From positions 32,001 through 96,000 of the forward strand of contig JBDHHQ010000004.1 in the NCBI GenBank assembly GCA_039589315.1: 64,000 nt of DNA. Direction: 5' to 3'. Numbering within the stretch: the stretch's first letter is position 1; each line of letters opens with the position of its first letter. The translations under genes and the position numbers were made by a program. Shown here piece by piece: positions 29,701-38,788 of the stretch. The stretch is from Gemmatimonadota bacterium. GTDB taxonomy: Bacteria; Gemmatimonadota; Gemmatimonadetes; Longimicrobiales; Gaopeijiaceae. The notes under the pieces were generated by a model. That model was not told where the DNA came from and did not search any database. It saw nothing but the letters and a program-made list of their open reading frames with translations.

Positions 29701-31080
29701 TCACCGGGTACCGGCAACCTCGTTGTCGTCTGGGCTCTTGTACTGGACTCCGCCCTTGATCACGTAGAGGACGTGCCTCTGGTCGAGGACGCTCATGTCC
29801 TCCAACGGGTTACCGTCCACCACGATGAGGTCCGCGTAGCGGCCCTCTTCGATCGTCCCCAGATCGTCGCCCATGCCGTACAGCTCGGCGGGCAGACGGG
29901 TGGCCGCGGCGATGACTTGCATCGGAGGCATCCCGTACTGCACCAGCAGGTCCATCTCCTGCCAGGTGGACTCGTAGTGGAAGTTCATGGGGGTGCCCGA
30001 GTCCGTGCCGACCAGGACACGAACGCCCCCGTCGATGAGCTGCCTCAGCTTCTGGGCGTGCCAGGGGTTGATCCACTTCTTCTGATCGAAGTAGTCGAGG
30101 CGGCTCGGATGGCGAAGGGACGCCCGCACGTCCTCGTAGATATCCGGCGGCAGATCCTCCTTCAGCTGTCGCTCGTCGAGCCGCTCCGGATATGCCTGCG
30201 TGACGTTGTAGATCTTCGAGACCACGGTCGTGAAGCAGGAAGCGACGCGCTCCACTGCCATCAGGCGCACGCTCTCCTCCGCGTAGAAGGGCTCGGGCCT
30301 CGCGTTGACGTGTTCGATGGTGCTGGCGCCGAGCTCGACGGCGGCCGCCAGCTCCTCAGCCGTGTAGCCGTGGGCGGCGATATGGAGCCCAGCCCGGTCG
30401 GCCTCTTCCCGGATCGCCGCTCGCTCCTCCGGCGTCAGCATGTGCGCCTGGGTGACCTTGATGAGGTCCACCCCGGCCTCCTCGAGTTGGCGCACCTTGG
30501 CGCGCGCGTCCTCTGGCCCGTCGATGAGCCAGCGGAAGAAGAGCTGGTCGGGACTGCTCGTCTTCTGCAGGAATGGCCCGGAGACGAACAGGCGGGGGCC
30601 GGGCAGACGTCCTTCCTCGACCTCGCGCTTCAGCCAGAGCATCTCGTCCGGCGGACCGCCCAGGTCGCGGGCGCTGGTGACGCCCGCCATGAGGAGCTGT
30701 CTGGCCGAGATCGGCAGGATCTCGCGCATGCGGTCCTCGTACCGGAGGAAGTACTCCGAGTACACGCCGTGGCCCACGATCATGAGGTGGACGTGGCAGT
30801 CATGCAGCCCCGGGAGGACCGAGTAGCCATTGGCATCGATCACCCGGTATCCGTCCGGGACCTCCGTGTCGGCGACTGTCCCCACCCGCGCGATGCGGTC
30901 GTCCTCGACCAGGATCACCGCGTCCTGGACCGGAGGCCCTTCGTTGCCGTCGATGAGGTAGCCGCCGACGATGGCGAGTCGATTCGGCAGTGACTCCTGC
31001 GCCGGGGTGTCGTCGGCCCAGAGGGCGCAGGCAAGGAGCGCCGACACGGCCACCCCGACCATGTGCAAGTAGGTCTTCAT
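29701..31080 (-). CDS. Secreted metal-dependent amidohydrolase (same subfamily)
   Basis: Signal peptide. LPGLHDCHVH, IKVTQ, AAHGY, IEHVN and GTDSGTPMNFH. Confidence 0.9.
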   Translation of the reverse strand: MKTYLHMVGVAVSALLACALWADDTPAQESLPNRLAIVGGYLIDGNEGPPVQDAVILVEDDRIARVGTVADTEVPDGYRVIDANGYSVLPGLHDCHVHLMIVGHGVYSEYFLRYEDRMREILPISARQLLMAGVTSARDLGGPPDEMLWLKREVEEGRLPGPRLFVSGPFLQKTSSPDQLFFRWLIDGPEDARAKVRQLEEAGVDLIKVTQAHMLTPEERAAIREEADRAGLHIAAHGYTAEELAAAVELGASTIEHVNARPEPFYAEESVRLMAVERVASCFTTVVSKIYNVTQAYPERLDERQLKEDLPPDIYEDVRASLRHPSRLDYFDQKKWINPWHAQKLRQLIDGGVRVLVGTDSGTPMNFHYESTWQEMDLLVQYGMPPMQVIAAATRLPAELYGMGDDLGTIEEGRYADLIVVDGNPLEDMSVLDQRHVLYVIKGGVQYKSPDDNEVAGTR

Positions 31081-31137
31081 CTTGCCTTCCCCTCCGCACG
31101 TATCTGGGAAGTCACCCGGGGTCTGGCCTGTTGGTCA

Positions 31138-32538
31138 TCACATCCGTGGACCTTGTGGCCCCTTGTATTGGACGCCGCCCTTGAACACGTAGATCACGTT
31201 GTTCTGCTCGAGCGCGCTCATGTGGCGGAGAGGATTCCCGTTCACCAGGATGATGTCGGCCAGCTTGCCGGGCTCCAACGTCCCCAGATCGTCGTACATC
31301 CCGTACAGTAGCGCCGGATAGCGCGTCGCCATCGTAATGACCCTCATCGGAGGAAGCCCGTACCGTACGAGCTGGTCCATTTCCATCCATGTGGACTCGT
31401 AGTGGAAGTTCATCGGCGTTCCCGAGTCCGTACCGAGCGCGAACCGGACGCCGGCGTCATAGAGCTGCCACACCTTCTCTTTGAACTTCCGGTCTTCCTC
31501 ACCGTCGTCGAAGAAGTAGCCCAGCCGGCTCGGCCACTGGAGGGACTGCCTCACGTCGGCGTAGAGGTCGGGGGGGAGATCGGCCCTGAGCTGCTGGTTG
31601 TCCAGACGCTCCGGAAGCTCCTTGTGGATGTCGATGAGGAGGTTGTGCACCACGGTGGGGACCCAGAAGATCCCCCCGCTCACCATGAGCTCCACCGCTT
31701 CGTCGTCATAGCGGGGCTGGTTGCCATAGCCCAGGTGCTCGATGGAGCCCACTCGCATTTCGGCGGCGGCCCGGATCTCCTCCAGGCTGCTCGCGTGGAC
31801 GGCCATGTGCATGCCCGCGGCGTGCGCTTCGTCGGCGATGGCCATGCGCTCGTCGGGGCTGAGCTGGTTCAGCTGGATTACCTTGAGCAGGTCCACGCCG
31901 GAGTCGATCAGACGACGGGCTTTGGCCCTGGCATCCTCGGGGCCGTCCACGGTCCAGCGGAAGAACGCCTGATGCCCCGAGTCGTAGTTGGGGCCACCTC
32001 CGCCGGGCAGGGACTTCTGCAGGAAGGGTCCCGAGACGATCATGCGGGGACCCTCCACCCGCCCCGCGTTGATCTCGTCACGGACCCACAGAGACTCCTC
32101 CAGCGGCCCTCCGAGATCCCGGGCGGTGGTCACCCCCGCCCTGAGGAGCTGGGCGGCGGAGATCGACATGATCTCCCTCCAGCGGTCCTGACCTTCATAG
32201 CGGGGGAAGTACTCGTCGTAAACTCCGTGACCCACGATGAAGAGGTGGGCGTGGGCTTCGTTGAGGCCGGGCATGACCGTGAGTCCGTTGGCGTCGACAA
32301 CCCGATATCCCGAGGGAATGTCGGTGTCGGCCTCCGTTCCCACGTGGGCGATGCGGTCTCCATCCACGAGGACCACCGAGTTCTGGATCGGTACGCCCTC
32401 CGTGCCGTCGATGAGGTACCCGCCCACGATTGCCAGCCGGTTCGTGCTCTGCGCCTGAACCGTCGTGGCCTCCAGGCCAGTCGACAGCAGTGTGATGGCC
32501 GTCGCGGCGATCCACACGCGGATTTGGCTCCTGATCAT
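31138..32538 (-). CDS. Secreted metal-dependent amidohydrolase (same subfamily)
   Basis: Signal peptide. MPGLNEAHAH, LKVIQ, AVHAS, IEHLG and GTDSGTPMNFH. Confidence 0.9.
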   Translation of the reverse strand: MIRSQIRVWIAATAITLLSTGLEATTVQAQSTNRLAIVGGYLIDGTEGVPIQNSVVLVDGDRIAHVGTEADTDIPSGYRVVDANGLTVMPGLNEAHAHLFIVGHGVYDEYFPRYEGQDRWREIMSISAAQLLRAGVTTARDLGGPLEESLWVRDEINAGRVEGPRMIVSGPFLQKSLPGGGGPNYDSGHQAFFRWTVDGPEDARAKARRLIDSGVDLLKVIQLNQLSPDERMAIADEAHAAGMHMAVHASSLEEIRAAAEMRVGSIEHLGYGNQPRYDDEAVELMVSGGIFWVPTVVHNLLIDIHKELPERLDNQQLRADLPPDLYADVRQSLQWPSRLGYFFDDGEEDRKFKEKVWQLYDAGVRFALGTDSGTPMNFHYESTWMEMDQLVRYGLPPMRVITMATRYPALLYGMYDDLGTLEPGKLADIILVNGNPLRHMSALEQNNVIYVFKGGVQYKGPQGPRM

Positions 32539-32583
32539 GGTCCTGCCCTGTTCTGGAGACTCGAAGCCCACACCACCCCTTCG

Positions 32584-33834
32584 TCACCCACTCAGGCCGC
32601 CGGCGAATCCTGCCAGGTGACCCCTGTCGATGATCTGCCGCCCCGCCACCGTCGAGTTACAGTTGAACATGGCGAAATGGGTGTGGTTCGGCGCCTTGCG
32701 CGTGGAGTCGCCGCTTCCCGAGTATCCCGTCTCCTTGCCCCCGGTGCCGTGTCCGAAGTTCATGCCCAGGGAGTATAGGAGGCTGCCGATCCTGTTGTGG
32801 TGGTAGTTGCCGATGTCACCCGAGCCGGTCAGCTCGGTAGATTCGTGCGTGCCGTACCCCCAGTGGCTGAGTCCGAACGATTCGGGGTGGTCATACGACT
32901 CGAGAAGCGCCTGGAACTGGCGCGCTCGCTTCCCTCCTTCGATCTCCGTTACGTAGCCACCCTCGAACGTGAGGCGGATCTGCTCATCGAGGATCTGCGG
33001 GAACAGCGACGTCACCATGTCGCCGGGCTGGAGAACCAGCACGCCTTCGGCGCTGTCCTCCTGGGGCATGCAGGCCACACAGCCGTAGCCGAAGTTGTCC
33101 CATCTTCCCGGAAAGTCGGCGATGCCGTACTGGGCGTGGCCGGGCCTTCCCTCCATGGAGCAGCGCCAGTCGGAGCCGGCGTCGCTCGTCACACCCAGCT
33201 CACCCCGGGTCTCGTCCAGGAGGATCGCTCCGCGGAGCGTGCGCTCCCGGCGTTCGGCCGTGGGGAAGTAACGCTGCTGGCGTTCCAGGTCGTAGCCGAG
33301 CTGGAGCCACCGCGTCTTCGAGCCCCCGTGGTTGATGTAGTCGTGGTCGGTCTTGTAGGAGTGGTTCCCGACCTTTACGCCGTACGCGGTCTGTGGTGCC
33401 GGGAGACCCGGCGTGGCGCCCAGCCGGGTAGTGATGAGCAGGTCGGCCTGAGCGTAGAGGTCCCAGTGGACCGCAGTCAACGCGTAGCCGGGCGGCGCGC
33501 CCAGGTTGCCCAGGTCCTCATCCTCGTGAGGCGGATGGGAGATCACGGCCACCTGCATGCCGGTGGCGCCGATCTCGCTCGCGGCCACGAGCATGGCCTG
33601 CATGTAGTCCACGTCGTAGACCATCGGGGTGGCGAGAACGAACGTCTCTCCTGCCGTCAGGAGATTCTGCTCGAGGATGCGCCTACAGTGGGCCAGGAGC
33701 AGGGCCGACGGGTCTGGCCCGTTGACCGCAGTTTCGGACGTGGCCATCAACCACTCTCGCGACACGGGTGCGCCCGCGAATGCCGCCGATGCGCCCCCCG
33801 CGGCGCTCGCCTTTAGGAAATCCCGTCGCTTCAC
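32584..33834 (-). CDS. Tat-signal NicX-like (2,5-dihydroxypyridine dioxygenase / M29-fold) metalloprotein, His-x-His variant
   Basis: GTG start with KRRDFLK twin-arginine motif. GHAQYGIADFPGRWD, AEGVLVLQPGD, LTFEGGYVTEIEGG, LSHWGYG, YSLGMN and NHTH. Confidence 0.75.
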   Translation of the reverse strand: MKRRDFLKASAAGGASAAFAGAPVSREWLMATSETAVNGPDPSALLLAHCRRILEQNLLTAGETFVLATPMVYDVDYMQAMLVAASEIGATGMQVAVISHPPHEDEDLGNLGAPPGYALTAVHWDLYAQADLLITTRLGATPGLPAPQTAYGVKVGNHSYKTDHDYINHGGSKTRWLQLGYDLERQQRYFPTAERRERTLRGAILLDETRGELGVTSDAGSDWRCSMEGRPGHAQYGIADFPGRWDNFGYGCVACMPQEDSAEGVLVLQPGDMVTSLFPQILDEQIRLTFEGGYVTEIEGGKRARQFQALLESYDHPESFGLSHWGYGTHESTELTGSGDIGNYHHNRIGSLLYSLGMNFGHGTGGKETGYSGSGDSTRKAPNHTHFAMFNCNSTVAGRQIIDRGHLAGFAGGLSG

Positions 33835-33935
33835 TTGAATCCTCCTGTCTTTCAGGGTCGATGCCAGCCGACGGCCGTCCGGGTGTGTAGCCGGATTCCG
33901 TCGCCGAGAGAACGGCTGTGCTCGTGCGGTCGGAC

Positions 33936-35183
33936 TCAGCGCCGCAACGAGCTTCGCGCCGCTTGAAGCTCCTCGATCGGTGTGAAGTCGAAGTCGAACC
34001 CAAAATGGCGGGGGCCCAGCACCTCGATGCCCTTCTCGACGCGCCATGCAGCGTCCGAGGGGACGCCCACCATCGCTACCTCGGTGCCCTCCGGATAACC
34101 CCCGAGAAAGTCGCTCGTCATAGCCTCGCCGGTCTCGGGGTTCAGGTTCCAGATGTAGTCGGGTGACGTCACGTCCACTACGCCATCCAGCCACGAGACG
34201 ATGTTCTCGTTCTTGACGAAGACGCTGTACGTGTGCCCCTCGAAGTCCCCCGTTCCCGTGAGCTCGGCCTCAGTCCAGCTGAAGCCCCGGTCGCCCCATG
34301 ACTCCGAGGTGGAAACGACTCCCCGAAACAGCAAGTAGCCGTTCGTCGCCTCGACCAGCGCTTCGACGGGATCGCGCCCGGCCTCGCGCGCCTCCCGCAC
34401 GGTCCGTCCCAGGAGGATCGCCTCTGAGAGGTTGCCCGTGATGGTCCCTACCTTGACCTGCGCCCCTGACATGGGGTTCATGGCGATGGACGATCCCCCT
34501 CCGCTGCTCACGGCTACGGCACGGGCCAGGTCTTCGGAGCGATAGTCGTCAACGGCGCTCTTCACGAGCACCGAGTCGCCCCAGCGCGTCACGAGCGCAG
34601 TAGGTGTCGAGGGGATCCCTTGAATCCACGGGATCTGCTGTTGTATCTCGGGCCGGGCACGGCCGGACATACAAGCATCCACCACGGGCACGCCCAGGTC
34701 GGCTGCGGTCATGAGGGCCGCGAGTGTGGCTCCGGCAGGCTCCACACGCAGCACGGCGCGGAACTCGGTCTCGAGATAGTCGGCGAGAAACTGGATCGCC
34801 TTCACCCGGCTGTCCTCCACGATGGACAATCCCTGCTCCCGAGTGCGCTCGATCACGTGCTCCCAGGCCCCACCACCACCGACGCCGGCCGGACCGATGA
34901 CCATCCAGTCGTCGGGAATGTCCTCCGCCGCGATCATGGTGAACTCCGTGCCCTGGGCCATCCTTTCGCGAGCGCGCTCGATGTACCGGCTGGCGTCGCA
35001 AGCTCTCGTGGCTTGAATACACGAGCCCACGAGCATATCCACGACTTCCTGCTCTGACAGCGTCCGAATGGCTGGGCTCTCGACGGTGGCGCCCTCTTCG
35101 CCGCTCGCGTCCGGTTGGCCACAGGCACCGGTCGTCACCAACACGACGAGGCAGAACAAGGAGCTTCCACTGCACGAAGTCAT
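33936..35183 (-). CDS. DUF917 family protein, predicted lipoprotein (paralog of 22353-23609)
   Basis: Lipobox TTGA-C. VVDACMSGRARPEIQ, LLFRGVV, VKNENIVSW, SPDYI and LGPRHFGFDFD. Confidence 0.8.
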   Translation of the reverse strand: MTSCSGSSLFCLVVLVTTGACGQPDASGEEGATVESPAIRTLSEQEVVDMLVGSCIQATRACDASRYIERARERMAQGTEFTMIAAEDIPDDWMVIGPAGVGGGGAWEHVIERTREQGLSIVEDSRVKAIQFLADYLETEFRAVLRVEPAGATLAALMTAADLGVPVVDACMSGRARPEIQQQIPWIQGIPSTPTALVTRWGDSVLVKSAVDDYRSEDLARAVAVSSGGGSSIAMNPMSGAQVKVGTITGNLSEAILLGRTVREAREAGRDPVEALVEATNGYLLFRGVVSTSESWGDRGFSWTEAELTGTGDFEGHTYSVFVKNENIVSWLDGVVDVTSPDYIWNLNPETGEAMTSDFLGGYPEGTEVAMVGVPSDAAWRVEKGIEVLGPRHFGFDFDFTPIEELQAARSSLRR

Positions 35184-35226
35184 GGCCCTCTCCCTTGTTG
35201 TTGTAGGAGTCGACTCACTGCGGGAA

Positions 35227-35742
35227 TCAGCGATTCCCCAAGGAGATCGGGTTCTCTATGAGCTCGGTATGGAATACGACGCCTTCCTCCACTCCGTCTC
35301 GGTCCACGTCGAACGTGCCCTCGAAATCCAGCTTGAGCACCTCACCGGACAGCCGATAGGTGTAGACTACCGTGGGTTCGAAGCCGTTATCCGGAACCAG
35401 CGTGAGCGTGCTTTCCGTAATCACGAGCGTGCCCTTGTGACGCGTAAGCGCTCCTCCGGTCAATGACGTCAGGCGCGTGTACGTGGCATCGGGATCGACA
35501 CGCAGGCTGAAGATGCCGCCCGAAGGAACGAGATCCCGACTGACGGCGCCGTCCGTGAGGCTGCTGACCTCTATCGTATACGCAAGCCAGGCGCCGAAGA
35601 GCGAGCGAGCGCCCGACTGCGGGGTCACCTCGATGGGTTCCAGCGCGATCGGCCCTGACGTGCCGGTCACCTCGCAGGCCCCGACGACGGCCAGCAGGCA
35701 AAGGGCGGGCAGTGCGTGGAACGGACGTCGAGTCGACTTCAC
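35227..35742 (-). CDS. Lipocalin-like lipoprotein with DxDxDG motif
   Basis: Lipobox VVGA-C. LFGAWLA (lipocalin-like G-x-W), beta-strand pattern and FDVDRDGVEE. Confidence 0.6.
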   Translation of the reverse strand: MKSTRRPFHALPALCLLAVVGACEVTGTSGPIALEPIEVTPQSGARSLFGAWLAYTIEVSSLTDGAVSRDLVPSGGIFSLRVDPDATYTRLTSLTGGALTRHKGTLVITESTLTLVPDNGFEPTVVYTYRLSGEVLKLDFEGTFDVDRDGVEEGVVFHTELIENPISLGNR

Positions 35743-36410
35743 GAGATACGCCTTGGCGAGTTGAGGAATGCACAATAGGCGGAGAGGTGGCAGCGGGTCA
35801 ATTGCGACGAGCCCGCCGCCAAACGGTCCAGACCACCGGACAGTGGTTCCAACAGTCGTCTCATTCTCCGTTTCCCCCCTTCCAGCCCGAACTCCAGGTC
35901 GACGAGTTCGGCATAGAAGTGGGCCGGCTCGTCAACGCCGTCCCCGTCCACGTCGAAGTCCTGCATGAACTCCAGGATCAGACGCTCGAAGCGAAAGCCG
36001 TATGTGAAGATTCGCGACGGCCGGCTGATGTGCGTCGCCGTCAGCGTAAGCGTGCTGTCTCCGACCAGCAGCGCTCCCTCTTCACGATATGCTGCATCCC
36101 CGGTGAGGGAGTGCAGAAACACGTATGTGAGATCATCGTGGATGCGGAGGCTCAGAACCGCACCCAGTGGGACGAGGCTCACCTGCATCGAAGAGTCAGA
36201 GGCGCTGGTCACGATAATGTCAACTGCGAGCCAAGTGCCGCGGAGCCCGTACAGAGGCGTTTCAGGCTGCACGACCGGCAATGGAGCTGACGTACCCGGG
36301 TCCCCCTTCACATCGCAGCCCGTCAGGGCGGATAGGAACACGATCACCAGCGGCGCCACAGGGCGAACGGGCAGAGCGACTACGGATCCAGGCCGCGGCC
36401 TTGTATTCAC
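35739..36410 (-). CDS. Lipocalin-like lipoprotein, tandem paralog of the downstream gene
   Basis: Lipobox ALTG-C. LRGTWLA and FDVDGDGVDE. Aligns by eye with 35227-35742. The C-terminal tail may be an artefact (see findings). Confidence 0.6.
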   Translation of the reverse strand: MNTRPRPGSVVALPVRPVAPLVIVFLSALTGCDVKGDPGTSAPLPVVQPETPLYGLRGTWLAVDIIVTSASDSSMQVSLVPLGAVLSLRIHDDLTYVFLHSLTGDAAYREEGALLVGDSTLTLTATHISRPSRIFTYGFRFERLILEFMQDFDVDGDGVDEPAHFYAELVDLEFGLEGGKRRMRRLLEPLSGGLDRLAAGSSQLTRCHLSAYCAFLNSPRRIS

Positions 36411-36417
36411 GAGTCGC

Positions 36418-38679
36418 TCAGAACTGGAACAGCTTGGTCACCTTCAAGGCGACCTGCCGGTCCAGAAGCGCCCAAGAAGCTGCAATACGTCTTTCAATAT
36501 AGACGAAAAAGACATCGCTCAGCGGCGCGTGTATGAAGTTGACGCGTAGATTGGTGACGAACTCGTCGCTGGCGCCATTGTATTGGACGAACGCGCTACC
36601 GAATAGACGCGTGGAGTATCCATATTCCATGCGCGCCCCGTATACGTCGGCGACGAACGACTCACCATCGATCTCGATGTCGTTGTACTCGGCGTTGAGC
36701 TCGAGGGAGAAGTGGTGACTGGGCCTCCAGAGGGCGCCGGCGAGGGCGGAACGCCTCGTGCCCGAGAAGAAGCCGCCCGACGCCAGGCGCACGAGACCCG
36801 AGAGCTTGCGCCCCCGACTCGACTGGTATTGGACGCTACCCTCGGCGAAATCGTAGCTGCCGACCGGGATGACGGCCCCGGGCACGACCTCGAAGTCACC
36901 GAACAGTCGCTCGAAGTGATCGCTGGCCGTAACGGTCAGTCGGCTCCGATCGAGGAAGTCGACGTTCAGGCCGGCGGTGGCGGTGCGGGTCTCGAGAACC
37001 GACGCTTGGTTGGTGAAATAGTGCAGCTCGACGTACGGGTTGAGCTCCTGTACAAGACGCCAGTCGGGCTGAGGGTGGACGCCCACCGTGGCGTAGCTGT
37101 GGCGGATGCCGCGACGCCTGACGAAGCCTACTTCCGGGTTGAACGAATCGCCGATGGTCCGGTACAGGGCCGACACGTCCCACAGTTGGCCCCGCCATGC
37201 AGCCGAGATCCTCGCCGCCGTGTTGTTTTCTCCCGTCCCGCGGCCGCTGGTGCCCGCCAGGTAGGAATGGATGACCAGGTTCTGCCACATGTGGACGATC
37301 ACGTCCGCGCCATAGCTGTTGTTGTATCTCGTTTCGGTGGTGGTCCCCGTGATCTGCCGATTGGTGAACATGCCGCCCACCTGCACGGCGTCGAAGAAGG
37401 TGTGGCGGACGCGTGCCACTGAGAAGTTCTCGGCGGGCGCTACGTCCGTGGCCTGGGTCTGCATGTTGAGGACTCCCACCTGCACCCCACCGATCCGACC
37501 GGTCATGCGCGCCCCGCCGTGGATGGGAATGGGCCGGCCCTCGAACAGCCCGATGCGGCGTGAGTGGAAGAGGCGGAAGTCGGCGAGTCCCGCTCCCAGC
37601 CGGTAGCCCCGCTCCGGCACGTCTCCGAACTCGAATATGCCGGCGTTCTCCAGGAAGAACTGACGCTTCTCGGGAAAGAAGAGCGAGAAGCGGGTGAGGT
37701 TGACCTGCTCCTGGTCCACCTCGACCTGGGAAAAGTCCGTTCTGAACGTCAGATCCAGCGTGAGCCGGCGGGTGAGGCCCCATTTGACATCGAAGCCCCC
37801 GTCCAACTCGGTCTCGTCCGCGCCGCCCGTTATGAGACCGCGCTGCGTTCCCGCCAAGGCGTACGGCTTGATGGACAGGTTGCGGCCGCTCTCGAGGCCG
37901 CTGAGTCCGTGCAAGGTGCCGCCCTGGTCGGATCTGAACAGGGCGAATCTGCGGTCCAGCGGAGCCCAGAACACGTCTTCGCCCTTGCGGCGAATCCGCC
38001 GGACGAAGTTGAGCCCCCAGGACTGCTCTCCCTCGGTCGGGTTGAAGCGCAAGGTGGTGAAGGGTATGGCCATCTCGACCACCCACCCTTCGTCGTTGAT
38101 CCTCCCCACCCGCTCTACTACTCCTTCCCAGTCGAAGTTCAGATCCCGGCCGAGATCGAATACCTGCGCGTCCCGGAACGCGCCGTGTGGATTCACGCCG
38201 AACATGAACCCGTTCCGACGATCCAGGAATGTGTCAAGAACGACTCCGAAGACGTCCTCGTCCCCGGAGTTGAATTCGCGCTTCAGGGAGTGGGCGGTGA
38301 TCCGGTCGGGTTCCGAGTCGTAGAGCATCGCCCCGACGTAGAGTTTCCGCTCGTCGTAAACGATCCAGACTTCCGTCCTCTCGGTGGCCGGATATCCGGG
38401 ATCCGGCTTGTTCTGGATGAAGCCGGTGATGGTGTCGGCCTGTTGCCAAGCCGGCTCGTCCAGGAAACCGTCCACGACGATCGGTGTGTCGATGCGCACC
38501 GCTCGCGACTCCGGCCGTGGCGCCGACTCGGGATCCACCGGTGTGACGGCCGACTGGGCATCGAGGGAGCCCTTGCTTCCGCCTGCCTGAGCTGCCGCGG
38601 GACGGGGCGGCAACGGAGCCAGAAAGGCAAATACGAGTGCGAGGAGCACCGACCGCCGAATCGCTCCGATCTGGGGCAC
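36418..38679 (-). CDS. DUF5916 / CBM9-like N-domain outer-membrane protein
   Basis: Signal peptide, IVVDGFLDEPAW, GWVVEMAIPFTTLRF, TFRTDFSQVEVD, NLTRFSLFFPEKRQFFLE and FHSRRIGL. Terminal Phe (KLFQF). Start approximate. Confidence 0.85.
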   Translation of the reverse strand: MPQIGAIRRSVLLALVFAFLAPLPPRPAAAQAGGSKGSLDAQSAVTPVDPESAPRPESRAVRIDTPIVVDGFLDEPAWQQADTITGFIQNKPDPGYPATERTEVWIVYDERKLYVGAMLYDSEPDRITAHSLKREFNSGDEDVFGVVLDTFLDRRNGFMFGVNPHGAFRDAQVFDLGRDLNFDWEGVVERVGRINDEGWVVEMAIPFTTLRFNPTEGEQSWGLNFVRRIRRKGEDVFWAPLDRRFALFRSDQGGTLHGLSGLESGRNLSIKPYALAGTQRGLITGGADETELDGGFDVKWGLTRRLTLDLTFRTDFSQVEVDQEQVNLTRFSLFFPEKRQFFLENAGIFEFGDVPERGYRLGAGLADFRLFHSRRIGLFEGRPIPIHGGARMTGRIGGVQVGVLNMQTQATDVAPAENFSVARVRHTFFDAVQVGGMFTNRQITGTTTETRYNNSYGADVIVHMWQNLVIHSYLAGTSGRGTGENNTAARISAAWRGQLWDVSALYRTIGDSFNPEVGFVRRRGIRHSYATVGVHPQPDWRLVQELNPYVELHYFTNQASVLETRTATAGLNVDFLDRSRLTVTASDHFERLFGDFEVVPGAVIPVGSYDFAEGSVQYQSSRGRKLSGLVRLASGGFFSGTRRSALAGALWRPSHHFSLELNAEYNDIEIDGESFVADVYGARMEYGYSTRLFGSAFVQYNGASDEFVTNLRVNFIHAPLSDVFFVYIERRIAASWALLDRQVALKVTKLFQF

Positions 38680-38788
38680 CCCGCGACGTACCCGAGATGG
38701 ACGCGCCCGAGCCGGACGCGCCGCGCTGCCGCAGAGCGATCGGACCGTCACATCCCTCCCCGTTGCAGTCGCAAGGCGGGGTGAGCCA

